This document shows, in pieces, positions 58,349 to 64,000 of a stretch of 64,000 nt of DNA. Under the pieces are notes generated by a model. That model saw nothing but the letters and a program-made list of their open reading frames with translations. It was not told the origin of the DNA and ran no database searches. The stretch's first letter is position 1. Every line of letters begins with the position of its first letter. The position numbers were made by a program, and so were the translations under genes. Source of the stretch: Candidatus Latescibacterota bacterium (lineage in GTDB: Bacteria > Latescibacterota > UBA2968 > UBA8231); NCBI GenBank assembly GCA_965242865.1, contig CBDETK010000013.1, positions 1,824,001 through 1,888,000 on the forward strand. The letters are read 5' to 3'.

Positions 58349-59851
58349 ATGCAACCGCGCGCTGAACGAGTGGAGATCGACCCAGAAAAACTGCGCCGTC
58401 TCCTCGCCAGACAAATCGAAGACCAAGAGCAAGCACCCGCCCAACCCGAGGCGTCCGCCACCCAAGGCGACGGTACGCAGACAGTCGAGTCCGAGGCCAT
58501 TCACTTTGACCTCAAACCAGAAGAATTAGAGGCTTATCTCGATCAATACGTCATCGAGCAGCAAGACGCCAAGGCCATTCTCGCCACCAAGATCTGCACG
58601 CATTTTAACCGCCTAAAACTGCCCCCAGAAGAGGACGAAGGGTTCGTCGGCAACATCAAGAACAACGTGCTGATGATCGGCCCGACCGGCGTGGGCAAAA
58701 CCTACTTAATCCGCCTGATTGCCAGCAAAATCGGCGTCCCGTTCGTCAAGGGCGACGCCACCAAATTCAGCGAGACCGGGTACGTCGGCGGCGACGTCGA
58801 AGACTTGGTGCGCGACCTCGTCCGCGAGGCCAACGGCGATATTAAACGCGCCCAGTACGGCATCATATACATCGACGAAATCGACAAAATCGCCTCCGCG
58901 CAGGGCGTTCACGGCCCGGATGTCTCGCGCTCGGGCGTCCAGCGCAATTTGCTCAAGCTGATGGAGGAAACCGACGTCGATCTCAAAGCTCCGCACGACA
59001 TTGCCTCGCAGATGGAATCCGTGATTCAGATGCAGCAGACGGGCAAAATTGAACGCCAGAAGGTCAACACCCGCAACATCCTCTTTATCGTCAGCGGCGC
59101 CTTTGCCGGGCTCGACGAAATCATCGGCCGCCGGCTCAACAAAGGCACCATGGGGTTTCGCTCCCAAGCCGACCCAAGCCCCGACGCCGACCGGCTCCTG
59201 TCCCAGGTGCGGGCCGAGGACCTCATCGCCTACGGGTTCGAGTCCGAGTTCATTGGCCGCCTGCCCGTCATCGCGGTACTGCACGACTTGGGGCCTGAAG
59301 ATCTGCTCGAAATCCTGCGCAATCCCAAGAGCAGCGTCATCCTGTCCAAAAAGCGCGACTTCCGCGCTTATGACATTGAGGTCGAATTTGCCGATGAGGC
59401 CCTCGCCCTGTTGGCCGAGCGCGCCCACGCCGAGCGCATCGGCGCCCGAGGCTTGGTCAGTGCCATTGAAAAGGTGTTGCTCCACTACGAAAAAAAGCTC
59501 CCATCCGTCGGCATTGAGCGCTTTGTCGTTGAGGCCGATACCGTGCTCGACCCGGCGACCGGCCTAGCGCGCCTGCTGCAAAACACCTCCCTGCGTCGCT
59601 TTCTCGACCGCTTTCAACGCGAACACGCCATTGACTTGGCGATCACCCCGGAAGCCACCGCGCAAATCGAGTCCCTAGCCAGTGCGCGGAACATGGCCCC
59701 GGGCGCATTGTGCGAAGAAATGTTCAGCGACTACGGCCACGGCCTCAAGCTGGCCGGGTTGAGCCAGTTCTGCATTGACGCGGACGTGGTCGCCGCCCCG
59801 CAAGAGGCGCTCAACGCGCTCGTCAAATACTACTACAACCAACGCAGCTAA
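58349..59851 (+). CDS. ClpX-like AAA+ ATPase lacking the N-terminal zinc-binding domain
   Basis: LDQYVI.Q, GPTGVGKT, GYVG, IDEIDK, MGF loop, EFIGRLP, GARGL. Confidence 0.85.
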   Translation: MQPRAERVEIDPEKLRRLLARQIEDQEQAPAQPEASATQGDGTQTVESEAIHFDLKPEELEAYLDQYVIEQQDAKAILATKICTHFNRLKLPPEEDEGFVGNIKNNVLMIGPTGVGKTYLIRLIASKIGVPFVKGDATKFSETGYVGGDVEDLVRDLVREANGDIKRAQYGIIYIDEIDKIASAQGVHGPDVSRSGVQRNLLKLMEETDVDLKAPHDIASQMESVIQMQQTGKIERQKVNTRNILFIVSGAFAGLDEIIGRRLNKGTMGFRSQADPSPDADRLLSQVRAEDLIAYGFESEFIGRLPVIAVLHDLGPEDLLEILRNPKSSVILSKKRDFRAYDIEVEFADEALALLAERAHAERIGARGLVSAIEKVLLHYEKKLPSVGIERFVVEADTVLDPATGLARLLQNTSLRRFLDRFQREHAIDLAITPEATAQIESLASARNMAPGALCEEMFSDYGHGLKLAGLSQFCIDADVVAAPQEALNALVKYYYNQRS

Positions 59852-61281
59852 CTCCCGCCGTATTGCTTTACCTTGCGGTAGAGCGTACTGAGGCCGATTT
59901 GCAGGACTTCGGCCGCCCGCCGCCGGTCGTCGCCCACGGCCTTTAGCGTCTCGGCAATGGCCAGCTGCTCGATCTCGGCCATGCTCATGCCGACGCGAAA
60001 ACCCAACCCGGGAAAAACGCGCTCTTGGCGGTTGATGTAGCGCGGAATGTCCCCGACTTCGAGGACGCCTTCGCCGGCACCCATGACGACCATGCCTTCG
60101 ATGCAGTTTTTCAATTCCCGCACATTGCCCGGCCAATCGTAATCGCGCAACACGTCCAAGGCCCGGGGCCGGATCCCCGCAATGCGCTTGTCGTTTTCGG
60201 CGGCGAACTGCCGGATGAAGGCGTCGGCCAGAATGGGGATGTCCTCGCGGCACTCGCGCAGGGGCGGCACTTCGATCTTGATCACATTGAGCCGGTAGAA
60301 GAGGTCCGCGCGGAAGTTTCCCTCTCGCACCATCGCCTCGACGTCGCGATGGGTCGCCGCGATCAAGCGCACATCGACCCGCCGGGTCTGGGTGCCGCCG
60401 ATTCGCTCAAAGCGACCGTCCTGAATCACTCTCAGCAGCTTCACTTGCGTCGGCAGGGGAATGTCGCCGACTTCGTCGAGGAACAAAGTGCCTTGATCGG
60501 CCAGCTCAAAGCGCCCTTTGCGCGCGGCTACGGCCCCGGTATAGGCCCCCTTTTCGTGGCCGAACAGCTCGTTTTCGACCAAGCTTTCCGGCAGGGCGCC
60601 GCAGTTGATTTCGACGAAGGCGTTTTCCCGCCGGCGGCTCCGTTGGTGGATGGCCTTTGCCACCTCGCCCTTGCCCGACCCGGTCTCGCCGGCGATCAGA
60701 ACGCTGGTCCGCGATTGGGCCACCTGTTCGATCTGGCGGTAAATGCGCTGCCAAGACGAGGAGCGGCGGGCGATGTCGTCAAAGCGGTAGCGCTCGTCCA
60801 AGCGGCGTTGCAAATCCGAGACCTCCCCTACGAGCTGCTGGTAGCTCAGGCCCTTTTCCAACACCGCGCCGACTTTGTCCAAGTTCAGCGGCTGGAGTTG
60901 AAAGTCGTACGCCCCTTGGCGCATCGCTTCAACGCCCAGCTCAATATCTTCAGACCCGGCCACGGCAATCGCGCAAATGGCTGGATTTCGCTTGTGGGCG
61001 AGTTGCTGGATTCGCAACCCGTCGATGCGCTTTTCGCGCAGGGCGTAGATCAGTGCGTCCATTGCATCGGCGTCGAGGATGTCGTACGCGCTCTGCCCCT
61101 CGTGTGCCCAGAGGACTTCGTACGCTCGCTGTTCCAAATAGAAAATCAGCGCCCGGGCCGCCTGCGATTCGGGCAGCACGACCAAGAGCCGCGGCTGCGT
61201 ATGGCGCTTTTCGTTCACCTCGCTCACGGATTGACCGGCTGGCACAACTCGACTGCGACTGCCTCGTTTCACGGATCCCAT
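59848..61281 (-). CDS. Sigma54-dependent NtrC-like regulator with atypical receiver domain
   Basis: GETGSGK, ELFGHEKGAYTGA, FLDEVG, WPGNVREL, Fis-type HTH. Start uncertain. Confidence 0.9.
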   Translation of the reverse strand: MGSVKRGSRSRVVPAGQSVSEVNEKRHTQPRLLVVLPESQAARALIFYLEQRAYEVLWAHEGQSAYDILDADAMDALIYALREKRIDGLRIQQLAHKRNPAICAIAVAGSEDIELGVEAMRQGAYDFQLQPLNLDKVGAVLEKGLSYQQLVGEVSDLQRRLDERYRFDDIARRSSSWQRIYRQIEQVAQSRTSVLIAGETGSGKGEVAKAIHQRSRRRENAFVEINCGALPESLVENELFGHEKGAYTGAVAARKGRFELADQGTLFLDEVGDIPLPTQVKLLRVIQDGRFERIGGTQTRRVDVRLIAATHRDVEAMVREGNFRADLFYRLNVIKIEVPPLRECREDIPILADAFIRQFAAENDKRIAGIRPRALDVLRDYDWPGNVRELKNCIEGMVVMGAGEGVLEVGDIPRYINRQERVFPGLGFRVGMSMAEIEQLAIAETLKAVGDDRRRAAEVLQIGLSTLYRKVKQYGGS

Positions 61282-61347
61282 ATCTACAATACAAACGGGG
61301 CAAGATGGTCGTCATCTTGCCCCGTCGTCTCAACCTTGGACACCCCG

Positions 61348-61770
61348 TTATTTTGCGGCCTGCGGCTCCTTTTCGGCGGCCTCGGCCGGTGGGGCTTCTT
61401 CGCCGGTCGCTCCATCGCGATCTACGAGCTCGACGATGCTCATCAGGGCCCCATCGCCGCGGCGCGGCCCCAACTTGATCAGGCGCGTATAGCCGCCGTT
61501 GCGGCTTTTATAGCGCGGCCCCAGTTCGTCGAAGAGCTTGGCAACCACTTGCTTGTCGGCTATGACGCGCAATACTCGACGCCGGGCGTGCAGGTCGCCC
61601 TGCTTGGCGCAAGTCAGCACCCGCTCGGCCGTGCGCTTGAGCTCTTTGGCGCGCGTCTGGGTGGTGGTGACGCGCTCGTTGATAAAGAGCGAGGCCATCA
61701 TGTTGGACAACATGGCTTTGCGGTGCGGTGCGGTGCGCCCCAGCTTGGCTATTTTTTTGCCGTGTCTCAT
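61348..61770 (-). CDS. rplQ: 50S ribosomal protein L17
   Basis: MRHGKK..KLGR, RNGGYTR, RRGD. Confidence 0.98.
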   Translation of the reverse strand: MRHGKKIAKLGRTAPHRKAMLSNMMASLFINERVTTTQTRAKELKRTAERVLTCAKQGDLHARRRVLRVIADKQVVAKLFDELGPRYKSRNGGYTRLIKLGPRRGDGALMSIVELVDRDGATGEEAPPAEAAEKEPQAAK

Positions 61771-61772
61771 CG

Positions 61773-62789
61773 CTAGAACTCTTCCGCCAGCGGGTTGTCC
61801 GCTTTTTGCTCGACCTCAATGCCGGCGTACGGAGTCAGATCCATGCCCCAGCTCAGGTCGTTTTCCTCGAGTACTTTCTGCAACTCGTTGAGCGATTTGC
61901 GGCCGAAATTGCGGTACTGAAGCATCTCGGCCTCCGTGCGCGACACCAAGTCTCGGAGATGGGTGATCCCTGCGGCTTTGAGGCAGTTGGCCGAACGCAC
62001 CGTCAACTCAATTTCTTCGACGGGCATTCGCAAGAGTTGGGCGATTTTCTTCTCCTTCTCGTCAATTTTCTTTTCGTCGGCGCCTTCGGGCTCCCCGGTA
62101 AAATTGATAAAAAGGCTTAGATGGTTGCTCAGGATTTGAGCGGCCTGCGCCATGGCGGCCTCGGGATGCACCGAGCCATTGGTCCAGACCTTCATAATCA
62201 GCTTGTCGTAGTCGGTGCGCCGCTCAACCCGCGTGTTCTCGGTCGCGTAGTGGACCTTGAGAACCGGCGAATAGTTCGTATCGAGAGGAATTGCACCAAT
62301 GGGCTGATCCGGGATTTTGTTCTCCTCGGCGAACTGGTAGCCGCGACCGCAGCCGACCACTAGTTCCATTTTTAGGGAGGCCCCTTTATCCAAGGTGGCG
62401 ATGTGCAGGTCGGGATTCATCACCTCGACGCTGGGGTCCACGGCTAGGGCCTTGGCCGACAAAGCCCCCGCTGTCGCGCATTCGATGTGCAGGACGCGAT
62501 CTTCTTCGCCACTATAGCGAATAGCCACTTCCTTGAGGTTGCGCACGATCTCCGGCACGTCCTCGCGCACCCCGGCAATCGTGGAAAACTCGTGATGCAC
62601 CCCCTCGATATTAACTTGCTTGATCGCGGCCCCTTGGATAAAGGACAGCAATACGCGGCGCAGGGCGTGCCCGATAGAGACGCCAAAACCGCGCTCGAGC
62701 GGCTGGACGACAAACATGCCATACGTCTCGCTGAGGCTTTCTTTTTCGACCTCGGCCAGCTTAGGCATCTGGAGACCTTCTAATTTCAT
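61773..62789 (-). CDS. rpoA: RNA polymerase alpha subunit
   Basis: PLERGFG, LRRVLLS, HEFSTI.GVRED, VRSANCL, NFGRKSL. Confidence 0.98.
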   Translation of the reverse strand: MKLEGLQMPKLAEVEKESLSETYGMFVVQPLERGFGVSIGHALRRVLLSFIQGAAIKQVNIEGVHHEFSTIAGVREDVPEIVRNLKEVAIRYSGEEDRVLHIECATAGALSAKALAVDPSVEVMNPDLHIATLDKGASLKMELVVGCGRGYQFAEENKIPDQPIGAIPLDTNYSPVLKVHYATENTRVERRTDYDKLIMKVWTNGSVHPEAAMAQAAQILSNHLSLFINFTGEPEGADEKKIDEKEKKIAQLLRMPVEEIELTVRSANCLKAAGITHLRDLVSRTEAEMLQYRNFGRKSLNELQKVLEENDLSWGMDLTPYAGIEVEQKADNPLAEEF

Positions 62790-62831
62790 ACTGTATCCTC
62801 TTGTCTCTTGATGGATTGGACGGAGTGGACC

Positions 62832-63458
62832 TTAGACGCGAGAATAAAACTCAATGACCAGTTGTTCTTCGGCGACCGTGGGAATGTCTTCGCGGCTGGG
62901 GACCTCGGCCACGGTGCCGGTCAAGTTGACCTTGTCTATGGCCAGCCAAGGCACGGTATCCCGCGCCCGCCGCAGCGATTCGTGAATGGCCTCTAGCTGG
63001 CGACTGCGCTCGGCAACCTGCACCACATCCCCCATCCGGGTCAGGTAGGACGGGATATTGACCCGTCTGCCGTTTACCGCGATGTGGTTGTGGCGCACTA
63101 ACTGGCGCGCGGCCTTGCGCGAGGGCGCGAAACCGAGCCGATAGACGATGTTGTCGAGGCGCCGCTCCAACAGGCGCAACAGGTTTTCGCCGCTGACGCC
63201 CGGCACGCGCGAGGCCTCCTTATAGTAGCCCCTGAACTGGCCTTCGCGGATTCCGTAGAGCCGGGCTAACTTCTGCTTGGCTCGCAGTTGGACGCTGTAG
63301 TCGGACTGCTTGCGCCGCAGGCCCTGACCGTGTTGGCCCGGAGCGTAGCTGCGCCGCTCAAAGGAGCATTTTTCGAGGTTGCAGCGCTCGCCTTTCAGGA
63401 AGAGTTTGGCCCCCTCCCGGCGGCAGAAGCGACAGTTGGGACCGGTGTGTCTGCTCAT
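62832..63458 (-). CDS. rpsD: 30S ribosomal protein S4 (Cys-containing form)
   Basis: [25 protein letters not shown]. Confidence 0.98.
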   Translation of the reverse strand: MSRHTGPNCRFCRREGAKLFLKGERCNLEKCSFERRSYAPGQHGQGLRRKQSDYSVQLRAKQKLARLYGIREGQFRGYYKEASRVPGVSGENLLRLLERRLDNIVYRLGFAPSRKAARQLVRHNHIAVNGRRVNIPSYLTRMGDVVQVAERSRQLEAIHESLRRARDTVPWLAIDKVNLTGTVAEVPSREDIPTVAEEQLVIEFYSRV

Positions 63459-63474
63459 AACGTGGTTCGCTCCT

Positions 63475-63864
63475 CTAGACGCGGCGACGCTTCGGCGGCC
63501 GGCAGCCGTTGTGCGGCATGGGCGTCACGTCGCGGATGGCGGAAATCTCGAGCCCGGCGTTTTGCAGGGCGCGGATGGCGGACTCGCGCCCTACGCCCGG
63601 CCCCTTGACCCAGACCTCCACGCGGCGCAACCCCATATTCATGGCCTCTTGCGCGGCCTTTTCGGCCGCGAGCTGGCCGGCAAAGGGCGTTGATTTGCGA
63701 CTGCCCTTGATGCTCATTTTCCCCGGGGTCGCCCAAGAAATCACATTGCCCCTCGTATCGGTAAGGGTGATGATCGTATTGTTGAACGTGGCCAAAATGT
63801 GAGCCACGCCCACCGCTTCTACCTGTTTTGCTTTTTTGCGTCTCTTGCGTCTTTCGGGCGGCAA
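63475..63864 (-). CDS. rpsK: 30S ribosomal protein S11
   Basis: [30 protein letters not shown]; TTG start. Confidence 0.97.
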   Translation of the reverse strand: MPPERRKRRKKAKQVEAVGVAHILATFNNTIITLTDTRGNVISWATPGKMSIKGSRKSTPFAGQLAAEKAAQEAMNMGLRRVEVWVKGPGVGRESAIRALQNAGLEISAIRDVTPMPHNGCRPPKRRRV

Positions 63865-63890
63865 AGGTCCACCTCTCCGTTTGGGTTGAT

Positions 63891-64000
63891 TTACTTGACC
63901 GGGGCCTTTTTCTTGCCGGCAATGGCTCGCCGCGGCCCCTTGCGCGTGCGGGCATTGGTCTTGGTGCGTTGGCCGTTGGCCGGCAGCCCGCGACGATGCC
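63891..64000 (-). CDS. rpsM: 30S ribosomal protein S13, 3' end (partial)
   Basis: Manual translation [35 protein letters not shown]. Confidence 0.95.
   Translation of the reverse strand, partial: HRRGLPANGQRTKTNARTRKGPRRAIAGKKKAPVK

Noticed and set aside
60025-61776. Long antisense ORFs (also 2051-3643, 28492-29988, 35864-36988, 54377-55345)
   Set aside because: Shadow frames opposite well-supported genes, expected in high-GC DNA, with no recognisable motifs.

Overview
High-GC bacterial chromosome segment. The gene repertoire (internalin-type LRR plus YWTD lipoprotein, WD40-Omp85, Bat operon, GT-C membrane protein) suggests a diderm, possibly Latescibacterota/Gemmatimonadota-like and host-associated organism; this is inference only. 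The core backbone comprises a BamB-like propeller and peptidase-WD40-Omp85, dapF, a nucleoside phosphorylase / SPL-like radical SAM / SDR trio, an M48 peptidase, an RND pump, CysQ-like, PolX, udk, a long MoxR-DUF58-GldAFG-like-DUF4340-BatA-E operon, a ClpX-like ATPase, an NtrC-like regulator and the end of the alpha ribosomal operon (rpsM-rpsK-rpsD-rpoA-rplQ). Six accessory blocks sit directly behind core genes, all co-oriented with them: a coiled-coil/2TM plus small soluble protein pair, a stacked restriction-modification island with 83-bp direct repeats, a deletion-riddled double methyltransferase, a GT-C gene with a G9 tract, a 2.5-kb cassette and a Type III R-M locus. The 2.5-kb cassette (25831-28365) has 46/48-bp inverted termini, an approximately 20-bp flanking direct repeat from a REP-like palindrome, no transposase, and one lipoprotein with six near-identical but locally hypervariable YWTD blades. 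The Type III locus has an ABC-ATPase plus PIN nuclease pair translationally coupled between mod and res. These last two are the best candidates for undescribed systems. I found no rRNA, tRNA, CRISPR array, integrase, transposase or reverse transcriptase. All family assignments come from motif recognition by eye, not database searches.
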